Positions 1 to 10,293 are shown, counted from the first letter of the stretch. The stretch: 64,000 nt of DNA from Ignavibacteriota bacterium (GCA_963801355.1 CAWDEM010000008.1:1504001-1568000); one strand, 5' to 3'. Notes: generated from the letters alone by a model not told the origin. Made by a program: numbers and translations.

Positions 1-407
1 TTAAACCAGAGCGTGTCACAAAAGGAAAACGACAGGGCACCGATCGCGGCTGCCATGGGCCTCGACAATTGCCACACGATTCCCCTGTCATTGGACGAAG
101 GTATTCGCGCAAGCAGTTTCACGAGGGAAAGATAGAGAAACAGTACTGCGAGGGAGGTCGAGAACACCGAGAGAAGGTTCACCCTGAATCCCATACTTTC
201 CGAGAACGGCAGCAGGTAGAACAACCGTCCGAAAAGAAGCGAAAGGGGAGCTCCCGGCGGATGTGGTACCTGGAGCAATCTTGCGGCCGCGGCAATCTCC
301 CCTGCGTCCCAGAAAGACACCGACGGCTGAACAGTAAAGAGATATTGTCCGGCAGAGATGCTGAATACCAGGAATGCAAAGATCCGGTGGATAGTCCTTG
401 ATTGCAT
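1..407 (-). CDS. DUF2723/TMEM260-like membrane glycosyltransferase, N-terminal part (runs off window edge)
   Basis: Not in the ORF track. Manual translation from ATG at 407 gives MQSRTIHRIFAFLVFS...QPSVSFWDAGEIAAAARLLQVPHPPGAPL, matching the DUF2723 WDxGE...HPPGxP motif, followed by hydrophobic segments. Confidence 0.85.
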   Translation of the reverse strand, partial: MQSRTIHRIFAFLVFSISAGQYLFTVQPSVSFWDAGEIAAAARLLQVPHPPGAPLSLLFGRLFYLLPFSESMGFRVNLLSVFSTSLAVLFLYLSLVKLLARIPSSNDRGIVWQLSRPMAAAIGALSFSFCDTLWF

Positions 408-547
408 ACCGCTCGACTCCGTTAGCGTGTTTTCAATGAAGGCGCGCCTCACAAGAACCCGGGAAGGACCTCAATTATGTCTCGGGTATTCGCATCCTCC
501 GCCCCTTCTTCCCGGCACCCTGTTCACTCCCGGATCATTCAGGCCCT

Positions 548-2965
548 TCACTCCAGAGCTTCGTCATACAGGAGAATATCCTCATCGTTCTCATTCTGTT
601 GCGTCCCGAACCGATAAGTCACACTCAGCACGAAGACACGTGAATCGCGTATTCCATAGGAATGTTGTACAAGCTCAGGAGATTCCAGATAAAGCTCGTG
701 GCGCATCGTTTGAAAAAGATCGGCGACAGTCAGCGTCGTGGTCAGTCTTCGATTGAAGAGATCTTGCCGAACACCAATATTCACCGCGCCCGTCGGGTCA
801 TAACTGCCCTGAGGTGTTAGCCGGGCGGAACGGTAGTTGCCATTCAGCTGGATTCTGGTGCTGGAGCCAATGTCGACATTGCATGACAGAGTGCCGCTCC
901 ACGACCACACTGAACGCGTCGACCCATAGCCCAGGTTTCCGGCATCGATCATGTTGTGAAAGCCATTCCAGCTTGCGGTGAGGGAAAAAAGGTCCCGGAT
1001 CCCTCCCGAAAACACCACTTCCACGCCGGCCGAACGATCCTCGGCAAGGTTTTCTTCGATAGTGACCAGCGTTGAATCGTTCAGCGGCTGCACCACCGAC
1101 GTGAACCGGTTACTAGTGTATCGATAGTAGAGGCTTGGAACCACACTGAACAGCTCGTGCTCCATCTTGCAGCCGATCTCGTACGAATTGATGTATTCCG
1201 GAAGGAGGCGGGGATTGCCGACCGTGACGTTCCGGGGGTCGCGGTACTCTGGAAAGGGATTCAGTTCATCAGCATGCGGCCGGTGTGTTCGCCGGCTATA
1301 GTTGAGCTGAAGTTCGAGGGCGGGCAGGACACGATACAACAGGTGGAGACTCGGGTAGAGCGCCGCATAGTTGCTGACCGCCTCGGTCCCCAGCGTGACA
1401 AGATTTGAAGTCCGGTACACCTGCTCGCCGCGCAATCCTCCCATCACACTGACCGGTCCGAACGCGCTACGGAATGTTGCGTACAATGCATGGAGCGACT
1501 GATCATGAAGAAAACGATGTGTCATGGAGAGATCTAGGACATAGGTTCTCCCCTCACCACCGAAGGATTCCGCGGCAGCGTCGCAATCAAATCCCGTGAT
1601 CTCAGCCGTGTATCCGGCCTCCAATTGCGACTCCTCTCCGAACGGTCTGACATATTCTGCAGTTAACTCAGTGGAACGCTGGACCTGCATGTTCGTCACC
1701 TTCTCTCCCTCAGTCGGCATTCCCAGACCCGCGAAATAGGTCTTTGCAAGGGTTTGCTCCTCTTCACGCTCCTGCGAACTCTGCAATTCAAACCGGATCT
1801 CATGGCGCTTATCAGGGAACTTGTGCTCCACCGCCAAGCGCAGGCCCACCTCTTCTTCGGAGCTCTCTTCTCCCGTTGCGCGTTCGGAAAACGCGGCTGC
1901 GCCGCTGTCCTCCCGTACGATCGTTGTGAGATCATCCATCGTCATCCGATTTGAAAAATAGTCTCCAGAGAGTGAGGCGGTCGTGCCTGAATTGAACTCG
2001 TGCTCGATGCCGAGTGTGCCCATGTGCGAGCGGGGGTTCGCCGATGCGCTTCCCTCCTGGCGGTATGTGCTCGTGACCGCCGTTCCCGGATCCAAAATAC
2101 GCATATCTGAATTAAACCTGTTCCGGATATCACGACGGAGACTGTAGCCGCAGAAGAGGTTGGTCTCCGCGGGCCGGACATTGAACCGGAAATTTCCACC
2201 GTGGCGGGCATCCTTCCCGACGTTTGCAGACAAAGAGCCATTTACACCTTTGTCTGCGTCTTTCTTCAGTTCAATGTTGATTATTCCGGCTGTCCCATCG
2301 GGACGATACCGGGCCGAGGGGTTTGTAATCACTTCAATCCGCTCAATGGTGTTGGCAGGCATCTGCTGGATGACCTCCGCGCGGTTTCGCCCCATCAATG
2401 GAGAATTCTTACCGTTGATGAGGATGAGCACGTCAGGCGAACCGCGGAGAGAAACATTTCCTTCGAGATCAACCTCCACCGAAGGAATATTCCTCAAGAG
2501 ATCGCTCGCTGAACCGGACACAGCAGCTATATCTTTATCCACATTGTACACCTTGCGGTCGATGTCCTGAATGATGAGCGATTTCTCTCCCGTCGTGACT
2601 ACTTCGTTCAAACTGACTGGCTTCTCTGTTAGCTCGACTGTGCCGATATCGAGGGATTGGAGCTGCGGCTCCAGGCGAATATGTGAGAGGATCCTCTGGT
2701 CATAGCTGAGGAGGCTGAACCGGAGGAAATAACTGCCGATGGAGATTCCCGCTATTGAAAACCTGCCGCTCCTCCCGGTAGTGGCCCCTGTCACCAAAGA
2801 GCTATCGGATGCGCGACACAGGTAGACATTTACAGATTCAAGGGATTTCCTAGTTATCGCGTCCACCACCTTACCGCTGATCTCCTGGGCAACAACTGCA
2901 GTAGAACACAACAACAAGCATGAGATCGTGTATATACCCGTGACCTGCCTCATTGAAACTGCCAC
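548..2965 (-). CDS. TonB-dependent receptor / outer-membrane beta-barrel with N-terminal carboxypeptidase-regulatory-like domain
   Basis: 805 aa. Signal peptide, ISGKVVD...VNVYL domain, plug motifs DLLRNIPSV and IERIEVITNPSARY, barrel ending LSVTYRFG. Start could be ATG 2953. Confidence 0.9.
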   Translation of the reverse strand: MAVSMRQVTGIYTISCLLLCSTAVVAQEISGKVVDAITRKSLESVNVYLCRASDSSLVTGATTGRSGRFSIAGISIGSYFLRFSLLSYDQRILSHIRLEPQLQSLDIGTVELTEKPVSLNEVVTTGEKSLIIQDIDRKVYNVDKDIAAVSGSASDLLRNIPSVEVDLEGNVSLRGSPDVLILINGKNSPLMGRNRAEVIQQMPANTIERIEVITNPSARYRPDGTAGIINIELKKDADKGVNGSLSANVGKDARHGGNFRFNVRPAETNLFCGYSLRRDIRNRFNSDMRILDPGTAVTSTYRQEGSASANPRSHMGTLGIEHEFNSGTTASLSGDYFSNRMTMDDLTTIVREDSGAAAFSERATGEESSEEEVGLRLAVEHKFPDKRHEIRFELQSSQEREEEQTLAKTYFAGLGMPTEGEKVTNMQVQRSTELTAEYVRPFGEESQLEAGYTAEITGFDCDAAAESFGGEGRTYVLDLSMTHRFLHDQSLHALYATFRSAFGPVSVMGGLRGEQVYRTSNLVTLGTEAVSNYAALYPSLHLLYRVLPALELQLNYSRRTHRPHADELNPFPEYRDPRNVTVGNPRLLPEYINSYEIGCKMEHELFSVVPSLYYRYTSNRFTSVVQPLNDSTLVTIEENLAEDRSAGVEVVFSGGIRDLFSLTASWNGFHNMIDAGNLGYGSTRSVWSWSGTLSCNVDIGSSTRIQLNGNYRSARLTPQGSYDPTGAVNIGVRQDLFNRRLTTTLTVADLFQTMRHELYLESPELVQHSYGIRDSRVFVLSVTYRFGTQQNENDEDILLYDEALE

Positions 2966-3243
2966 CTTTCCTTTCCGAGTCTTTCCATTGGAATGGACAA
3001 CTCCGTACTACCTCCAGTCCCCTCTACTACGGCCAACCACGGTCTCGGGGTGACCTGCCGCCAGCCCCCGGATAGGGTTCACCCCAGTTTGGTCAGGCTT
3101 GCGCATTCCCACGGGAAGTCTTCTCACTGAAGGAAGCTTCTCAGGCAAAGCGAGTCTCGAAGGAACGCGATTGGCCGAGAACAGACTCATCAAAAACGTT
3201 GATCAGCCGCGGGGCTGGCATTCGTCCCGCCGTGAGCGTCGGA

Positions 3244-3570
3244 TCAATCAGCGTGAACAGGAGGATGGAAGATCGATGATGCCAGAACGGGTGGACAGAG
3301 GAACTGAATATCGGCAAATGCTGCCGCAGGCGGGTCCGGACCACAGAGGGATGATGAAGAAACAATGGCGACGTAGTCACCGGACCCAGAATCGCAATGC
3401 CCGGAATTACTGTTGGAGCTAACGCCGTGCGGGAGCGAGTGGATATCTGAACACAGAGGACACTGCCCATCAAGCGTCGCCGACACCGGCAGGAATACCA
3501 GACACCAGGTGAGCAACAGTGCGATGATGATGGACTTGTTCGTGAACAACCTCAGTCTAGACTTGCTCAT
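3244..3570 (-). CDS. Small exported Cys/His protein with C-terminal IFHPP; candidate leader/arrest peptide (CutF/CruR-like architecture)
   Basis: 108 aa from ATG 3570: signal-like IIIALLLTWCLVFLPVSA, CPLC, further His/Cys, C-terminal LASSIFHPPVHAD. Lies upstream of and co-oriented with the TonB-dependent receptor. Confidence 0.65.
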   Translation of the reverse strand: MSKSRLRLFTNKSIIIALLLTWCLVFLPVSATLDGQCPLCSDIHSLPHGVSSNSNSGHCDSGSGDYVAIVSSSSLCGPDPPAAAFADIQFLCPPVLASSIFHPPVHAD

Positions 3571-3640
3571 ATGCAAATGTAGGAAAAACGGAGACTGCAA
3601 ACAAGTGCGAATACCGCGTGAGGGGGACTCTTTCCATCGG

Positions 3641-4143
3641 TCACGCCACCTGTTTGTAGTAATGGTGATGCAGTCCACCCAGAACGGCACTCCGGCAAAT
3701 CGCACCACCCTTCTTCTCTTGCTCACCAGGCTTCGGGATCTGTTGCCGGATTCCCTGATGTGGCCGCTGGCTATTGTAGAAAGCGACGTACTCCTCAAGA
3801 ATCGTCTCGATCTGATCTCGGCCAGTAAGCAGAAAATTGTCCAGCTCTTCTCTTCTCAACGACCCGAAGAACCGCTTCATAATACTGTTCATGTTCGGCG
3901 CTTCCACGCCTGTTCTCACCGATACCAGATTGTAGGCCAGAAAGTCGATATTGAACATCAACGCATTGTCGTGGATCAGATAGACTTTGCTGGCAATGCC
4001 TTCGCTGAACAGCATCAACTGCTGACGGACGAATTCCCTTGTAGGATTCTCAGTCAGGGCAAACCGCACGATCTCGCGTGTCTTGTGTGAGATGATTGCG
4101 AAGAAATATATTCGCTTGCCCAGCATGGTGTCGACGGTTACGA
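3641..4143 (-). CDS. Transposase exon 2 (integrase core)
   Basis: Joining the exons (526+503 nt) gives a 342-aa ORF reading AMDFVTVDT...LIHDN...YNSQRPHQG...LGGLHHHY. Confidence 0.85.
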
Positions 4144-6030
4144 GTCGAGTAGCGCGGGGGGATCTCACCCCCACGCCCTCACAGATCCGGACGTGAGACT
4201 CGCGCCTCATCCGGCTCTTACCCTCCAGCCTCCGGCCTAATGCCGAGTTGCCACAGGACAAACAACTGCGGGTCCCGTAGCGCGATACGTCCCAACCAGT
4301 ACATGGGCGCACGCGCTCGGCGTCTAAACCGTTTGAATTTCCATCGCGCCCATTGGGCGAGGGCCTTATTGATATGGCGGAGAACTTGAACACACTGAGA
4401 CCGGTAGAACCGGCCATAGTAGTTCATCCATCCACGCACCACCGGGTTGATAAGCCGCGCAAGGTCCTCCAATCGCTGGTTGTTTCTGGTGGAGGCCAGC
4501 CGCCACTCGCGGATGGTCTTGCGGATCGCTCTGGCTGACTTGGTGCTAATCGCCGGAAGAAAACCCACAAAGTGTTTCCCCCAGCGATCCTTCGCCCGTC
4601 GAGGTTGGAAGGTGTACCCCAGAAAGTCGAACTTGATATGTTCATACTCCCCACGGCGGTCGTCATCTTTGCAGTAAACGATCTGAGTCTTCGTTGGATG
4701 AAGCTCCAGACCGCACTGCTCAAATCGGACCCGGATGGCTTCCCGCACCGCCTTGGCCTGGGATTCGCTCCTGCAGTGGACAAGACCATCGTCCGCATAC
4801 CGCTCGAACCCGACAGCGGGATATGTCCGCTGCATCCAGGCATCGAACGCGTAATGCAGGAAGAGATTCGCTAGCAGCGGGCTGACGACCCCACCTTGCG
4901 GTGTGCCTCGCGTCCGTTGCTCCAGGCTCCCGTCCGGTCGCTGCACAGGGGCACGAAGCCACCGCCCAACGTACAGGCGAACCCACGGAAGGTCGGTGTG
5001 GTGGGCCACGGCGCGCTCAACCAGAGCATGATCCAGACTGTCAAAGAACGCTGTGATGTCCAGATCAATGACCCAGTCAGTGCCCCAGCAACGCTTTCTC
5101 GCCATCCCTACCGCACCGAGCGCAGACTTGCCGGGACGATAGCCATAGGAGTCCTCATGGAACACCGGTTCCACTAACGGCTCCAGGACCATCTTGACGA
5201 CCGTCTGTGCCACCCGATCCGATATTGTCGGTATGCCAAGTGGGCGCTTGCCCCCGTTATCCTTCGGTATCTCGACGAGCCGCACAGGTGACGGGAAATA
5301 CGAGCCCGACGACATCCGATTCCAGATCTTGTACAAATTATCCTTCAGATCCTTCTCGAATGCTGTCAGTGTCTCGCCATCCACGCCCCCTGCACCACAG
5401 TTCGCCTTCACCCGTTGGTAGGCTTCCCACACAAGTTGCTTTGGAATGCTGTATGGCTTGGCCTTAGTCACTGGCTCCTCTCCCGCTTCGCGGGATTGAC
5501 CAATCTCTAAAACCGGAGAGTCGGGCTCCTTTGCTCGGCCCGCATTACCAGGCGTCTTCGCTCGTACGAGCCCGTCCGTCCCTGTGCCTCGCTTCGGTAC
5601 TCTCATCCTAATGGGTCTGCCACTTGGATTTCTCCCTTAACATCAAGGCTACAGGTTCCCATGTTCCGCACAAAAGCCTATGCTCACGCTCGCGCCGTCT
5701 TCATGCCGGCCACCGCTCGGGCAGTCAGTAGGCATCTCCCGAACTTCATCCCGGACCATGGACTGGAGTCCGGTTTCGATGGCGTCCTTACGCTTTCGAC
5801 ACCTCATCAACGGTTCACTTTCGTTCGCCTTCGTGAGCTTCACCTGATCCCGTCAAGCGGGACCTTTTGCCGTAACGCTCACCACCTCGACCCTTAGATC
5901 AAAGCAGCTTACGGTGGTTTGGGCCCTGATCCTACAATCCGAGCCCGAGGGGCCTGCCCTCATCTTTTGTGCAGCAAGGCTGCGTTTAGGTGACCACGTT
6001 CAGTCTCCTTCCCGCGCCGTCATGGCGCAC
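4144..6030 (-). mobile_element. Group II intron, RmInt1-like (bacterial class D), 1887 nt
   Basis: 5' end GTGCG at 6030. Domain V GAGCCGGATGAGGCGCGAGTCTCACGTCCGGATC (~4184-4217), then domain VI ending ...CTACTCGAC at 4144. EBS1 AGTCCAT (5764-5758) and EBS2 GCGTA (5793-5789) are complementary to the upstream exon. Confidence 0.95.
4218..5471 (-). CDS. ltrA: Group II intron reverse transcriptase/maturase (no HNH endonuclease domain)
   Basis: GTG start at 5471 after GAGGAG. Motifs GAGGVDG, RPLGIPT, SYGYRPG, GTPQGGVVSP, RYADD, FDFLGY, RGWMNYY. 417 aa, similar in sequence and length to the RmInt1 protein. Confidence 0.95.
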   Translation of the reverse strand: MTKAKPYSIPKQLVWEAYQRVKANCGAGGVDGETLTAFEKDLKDNLYKIWNRMSSGSYFPSPVRLVEIPKDNGGKRPLGIPTISDRVAQTVVKMVLEPLVEPVFHEDSYGYRPGKSALGAVGMARKRCWGTDWVIDLDITAFFDSLDHALVERAVAHHTDLPWVRLYVGRWLRAPVQRPDGSLEQRTRGTPQGGVVSPLLANLFLHYAFDAWMQRTYPAVGFERYADDGLVHCRSESQAKAVREAIRVRFEQCGLELHPTKTQIVYCKDDDRRGEYEHIKFDFLGYTFQPRRAKDRWGKHFVGFLPAISTKSARAIRKTIREWRLASTRNNQRLEDLARLINPVVRGWMNYYGRFYRSQCVQVLRHINKALAQWARWKFKRFRRRARAPMYWLGRIALRDPQLFVLWQLGIRPEAGG

Positions 6031-6556
6031 AGTCCATTGCGTAGATCGATTGAATCTGTGCTGTTAGGAACTTCTTCCAGGTTAGTGACCTCCGAATCTT
6101 GCCTCTCCGCCTGAAGGCCTGAAGAATCTTCCGAATGGTCTTTGTGCTCAGAGAGATATCCAGCTTCAACAGTTCGCCCTGAATTCTCTTCGCGCCCCAG
6201 AGCAAGTTGTCGTTCTTCATGCACAAGATCAAGTTCTTAATATTGGCATCGACAGACTTGCGACCCCGCTTGGTCGGAGAGTGCTTGAATGTCCAGAACT
6301 GCTTGATCAGGGTCCGTTGCCAGGAGAGCACCGTTTCCGGTTTAATCAGGGTAAGCCGGTGCTTGATGTCAGCTGCTCCGTTCAGGACGACGAGGAACAA
6401 CTTGTCGTAGACGTCGAATTGAACCCTCCTCTTCCCGAGCCTCCGCAACAGGATCTCGTTTTCCTTCTTGAGCAAACCGATCTCAGAGATGATTGTCCTT
6501 TTTGACCGGAAGACGTGAAAGAAGAGGCGCAGTAGAATGGAAAAGAAGGCTACCAT
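6031..6556 (-). CDS. Transposase exon 1 (N-terminal/HTH region up to the first catalytic Asp)
   Basis: KPETVLSWQR, WGAKRIQGELLKL and TWKKFL motifs. Ends ...GCA ATG GAC T at the intron boundary. Confidence 0.85.
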
Positions 6557-7080
6557 GTCGGCACTGGAAGTGGGGAAAATGCTTTCCAGAGTGAAATATC
6601 GGCACTTCAGAGGTCAGATGGAATAAGTCCCCCCCACGCCCGAACGCCCATCCCAAGCTCGAAGAATTGGAGCGGGTCCCCTACAAAACACAAACCGCAC
6701 TCCGTTCTGGAGTGCGGTTGCGCAATGTGGGAGTAGCGGGGGCCCGAACTTTTGACTCTGCGAAACTCTACAGATCATTTTTGAAGAAGGTGTAGAGGTT
6801 CTCATGTGAGGATCTGTTACAGCCCAATCGTCCTATGCACGAGGACACCAGTCTAAGGTGTGCAAGCCATCGCCTCACCGCGATCAATCTCGGAAGGTGT
6901 TTGTTCGACCACGGGCTGACCCCACGATGACACGGGGCTCATAGGGCCGGTCGGATAGTGACAAGGAACAGGCCGTACACGATGTGCGAGGCATGCCTAC
7001 TATCTTTGCCCCCACCACTCCCAAGAATACCCTAAATTCGGTATGGCGTCTATTGCGGAAAACCGTATATTCAGCGGTGT

Positions 7081-10000
7081 ATGTCCTCTTCAAGATCCAA
7101 AATCCTGCTGGTCTCGTTTCTTTCGACACTCGCAGTGGCGCCGGCCGTTTTCTGTGCCAACGAGCGTGAAATCAGATTTGAACACCTCACAGTTGAACAG
7201 GGCCTGCCAAGTAATACTGTTTTCGGCATTTTGCAGGACAGCAGAGGATTCATGTGGTTTGGAACCGGGGATGCTGGGTTGTGCAAATTCGATGGCTACA
7301 GCTTTACCGTGTACAAATATGACCCCCTCGATTCAAACTCAATCCCTGCCAATAATATCAATCAAATCTATGAAGACGATTCGGGTACGCTCTGGCTTTT
7401 CGGTTGTGTAAGGTTTGAGAGAGCAACTGGAAAGTTCACGTCTTACAAGGACCTGGAGGCGTATCCTTCTTCTGCCTATGCGACTTATACACGCCCTCCG
7501 CATATGCATGAAGATATGTCTGGCGCACTCTGGTTTGCGTCCCAGGGCCTCAATAAGTTCGACCGGACAAGTGGGACGTTCACCCGGTATAGCCTGAGCA
7601 ATGATACTCTCTACGCCATCTGCGGGGATCCCGATGATGGGAGAATTTTCTGGATCGGAACCGCTCGCGGACTTGATAGATTTGACAGAGAAAACGGAAC
7701 TTTCGCGCATTATGACCATGGCTCCAGAAATGTGGTCAATACGATTCATGGAGATAAATTCGGCTTTTTGTGGATTGGCACTGACGAGGGATTATACAAA
7801 TTCAATAAAGTAACCGGAGCGTTTTCATACTATCCAATTGGCAAGAAAATTTTTGGAAGTCTCGAGAGGACTAACGTCGGCTTAATCTATGAGGACAACA
7901 GGGGTTTACTCTGGATCAGCACTGAAGCCGGGTTATTCAGATTCAACCGGGCAACCCGAACGTTCAAAGAGTATAAGAATGACGATGCTTCTGCGCGTTC
8001 TGAAGGCAGACAGGTGATGGCAATTCTTGAGGATAGAAGCGGCGAGCTCTGGGTCGGAATGTTAGGCGGAGGAGTCGCGAAATATGATCGTCCCAAAGAC
8101 AAGTTCTCTTTCTATGTCAACGATCCCAAGGACCCTCATAGCTTGAGCAATAACGATGTCACTAGAATTTATGAGGATAGCTCAGGAACGCTGTGGATCG
8201 GGACGTGGTGGGGCGGCCTTAACAAAGTCGATAGAGCACGGAAGGCTTTCACCCACTGTACACTAGAACCTGCCGATCCGAAGAGCTTGAGTGATAAAAT
8301 TGTCACTGGTCTCGTGGAGGACAGGTCGGGCGTGCTCTGGGTGGGGACAATGGGTGGCCTGAACAGGTTCAACAGAGAAACCGAGACATTTACGCACTAC
8401 ATGAATAATCCTAACAACCCCCAGAGCCTGGGTAGCAACGTTATCCGGTGCGTGCTCGCAGACAGCAAGGGCACGATCTGGGTTGGAACCTTGGGGCGCG
8501 GCCTCGACAGACTTGATCCCGTCAAGAGCGGCGGGACAGGCCAGGGAAAAGAGAGATTCAAACACTATACTCATGATGCGGGGAATCCCAACAGCCTGGG
8601 CAGTAACTACATTCTGTCACTCTTTGAAGATACGTCAGGCAGACTTTGGATTGGGACCCGTGATGAGGGGCTTGATGAATTTGATAGGAACTCTGGGAAA
8701 TTCATCCATTACAAACATGACCCCAAGGACCCCAACTCATTGGGCTGGAACTGGGTGAATGCCATCTATGAGGACAAGTCGGGCGCACTATGGGTTGGCA
8801 CCGCAACCGTGAACGCACTTAATAAGCTTGACAGAGCCACAGGAAAATTCACGCGTTACTGCTGCGACCCAAAGGACATCAAGAGCTTGAGTTTCTACAG
8901 TGTCCATTCAATCTATGAAGACAGTAGGGGTACGCTCTGGATTGGCACTGCCTCCGGTCTCAATAGGTTTGACCGGTCAACTGAAACGTTTACACACTTC
9001 ACAACAAAAGACGGCATTGCGAGCGACTTCATTGGGGCAATACTGGAAGACGACAGCGGATGCCTTTGGTTGAAAACCCTTAAGGGTGTGTCGAAGTTTA
9101 ACCCGCGCACGGGCACCTTCAGGAACTACGATGCGAGTGACGGTGTAAATATCAATCCGAGCTGGGGGAAAGCTTCTTATAAGACCAGGAATGGAGAAAT
9201 GTATTTTGGCGGGACCAACGGCTTTGTCCGCTTTCATCCGGACAGCATTAGAGATAATCCCAATGTGCCGCCGATTGTGATCACCAAGTTCCTCATATCC
9301 GACACGCTTGCCACGCTCGACACGGCTATTACTGAGAAGAAAGGGATCACACTTTCGCATGCCGAAGATGCCTTCGGGTTTGAATTTGCGTCGCTCAACT
9401 ACACGAACCCCGCGAAAAATCAATACGCCTATAAGCTTGACGGCTTCGACAAAGACTGGGTCAAATGCGGTACACGACGCTACGCCTCGTACACGCATCT
9501 TGATCCCGGTGCATATGTCTTCACCGTGAAGGGGTCGAACAACGACGGGAAATGGAACGAAGCCGGAACGTCGATCTCCGTTATCATACGGCCGCCGTAC
9601 TGGCAGACGTGGTGGTTCCGTTCTCTAGTGGCGATTGTAGTCCTCGCCCTGGTCGCACTTGCCTACAATTATCGTGTGGCAAGACTCCTGGAGATGGAGC
9701 GACTGCGAGTGCGCATTTCAACAGACCTGCACGATGAGATCGGCAGTAATCTGAGTGCGATTGCACTACAGAGTGACCTGGTGCGGTCTGGTGTCAGCAT
9801 GGGAGACAAAGGCAATGACCGGCTCATGGAGATCAGCAGGTCGGCGCGTCAGATGGCAAACGACTTGCGGGACATCGTTTGGACGATCAATCCGGGGCTT
9901 GATCGTTTGAACGACATGGTGGATCGGATGAGGACCATTGCCTCCACAATGCTGGGAGGGATATCGTATACATTCCAGGGCCAAGCCGGGACTGCGACCG

Positions 10001-10293
10001 ACAGGCTTGATATGGAATTCAGGAGGAATATTCTGCTGATGTACAAAGAGGTCCTGCACAATATTCAGAAACATGCCCGCGCAACCCAGGTTCGCATACT
10101 GATCAACGAGGATCCGGGTCATTTTGCCATCACGATTGAAGATAATGGAGTCGGGTTTGATACTGCACTTCCCAGCTCCGGCAATGGGCTAAGCAACCTC
10201 AAAAGCCGCGCTTCCTCCATGGGGGCAACACTCGAGATTGTCTCTGCCCCCGAACGGGGAACCCAGGTGAAGATTGCGGTGAGGCTGCCTTGA
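7081..10293 (+). CDS. Sensor histidine kinase with periplasmic beta-propeller repeats, Y_Y_Y domain and HisKA_3/HATPase_c
   Basis: Many EDxSGxLWxGT repeats, YAYKLDGFD...YTHLDPGAYVF, PPYWQTWWF plus TM helix, DLHDEIGSNL H-box, EDNGVGF and GNGLSN. Confidence 0.93.
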   Translation: MSSSRSKILLVSFLSTLAVAPAVFCANEREIRFEHLTVEQGLPSNTVFGILQDSRGFMWFGTGDAGLCKFDGYSFTVYKYDPLDSNSIPANNINQIYEDDSGTLWLFGCVRFERATGKFTSYKDLEAYPSSAYATYTRPPHMHEDMSGALWFASQGLNKFDRTSGTFTRYSLSNDTLYAICGDPDDGRIFWIGTARGLDRFDRENGTFAHYDHGSRNVVNTIHGDKFGFLWIGTDEGLYKFNKVTGAFSYYPIGKKIFGSLERTNVGLIYEDNRGLLWISTEAGLFRFNRATRTFKEYKNDDASARSEGRQVMAILEDRSGELWVGMLGGGVAKYDRPKDKFSFYVNDPKDPHSLSNNDVTRIYEDSSGTLWIGTWWGGLNKVDRARKAFTHCTLEPADPKSLSDKIVTGLVEDRSGVLWVGTMGGLNRFNRETETFTHYMNNPNNPQSLGSNVIRCVLADSKGTIWVGTLGRGLDRLDPVKSGGTGQGKERFKHYTHDAGNPNSLGSNYILSLFEDTSGRLWIGTRDEGLDEFDRNSGKFIHYKHDPKDPNSLGWNWVNAIYEDKSGALWVGTATVNALNKLDRATGKFTRYCCDPKDIKSLSFYSVHSIYEDSRGTLWIGTASGLNRFDRSTETFTHFTTKDGIASDFIGAILEDDSGCLWLKTLKGVSKFNPRTGTFRNYDASDGVNINPSWGKASYKTRNGEMYFGGTNGFVRFHPDSIRDNPNVPPIVITKFLISDTLATLDTAITEKKGITLSHAEDAFGFEFASLNYTNPAKNQYAYKLDGFDKDWVKCGTRRYASYTHLDPGAYVFTVKGSNNDGKWNEAGTSISVIIRPPYWQTWWFRSLVAIVVLALVALAYNYRVARLLEMERLRVRISTDLHDEIGSNLSAIALQSDLVRSGVSMGDKGNDRLMEISRSARQMANDLRDIVWTINPGLDRLNDMVDRMRTIASTMLGGISYTFQGQAGTATDRLDMEFRRNILLMYKEVLHNIQKHARATQVRILINEDPGHFAITIEDNGVGFDTALPSSGNGLSNLKSRASSMGATLEIVSAPERGTQVKIAVRLP

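Larger units (their letters stand above)
3616..6639 (-). mobile_element. Insertion sequence (integrase-core DDE transposase, IS3/IS481-like) carrying a group II intron
   Basis: Terminal inverted repeats match at 20/23 nt: GCGTGAGGGGGACTCTTTCCATC (3616-3638) versus the reverse complement of 6617-6639, GCGTGGGGGGGACTTATTCCATC. They enclose the split transposase. No target-site duplication found. Confidence 0.85.

Noticed and set aside
2966-3243. Cobalamin riboswitch upstream of the TonB-dependent receptor
   Set aside because: A hairpin is present, but I could not find the conserved B12-box/core motifs; needs a covariance-model scan.
3641-4417. 258-aa ORF as a standalone integrase
   Set aside because: Its N-terminal part is translated intron RNA (RT gene end, domains V and VI). 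Only 4143-3641 is transposase.
4218-5471. RT as a retron, DGR or defence RT
   Set aside because: Clear group II intron boundaries, domain V/VI and EBS/IBS pairing; no template/variable repeat pair seen.
5472-5606. N-terminal extension of the RT ORF
   Set aside because: Lies in intron ribozyme sequence; the GTG at 5471 has a good SD and matches where homologs begin.
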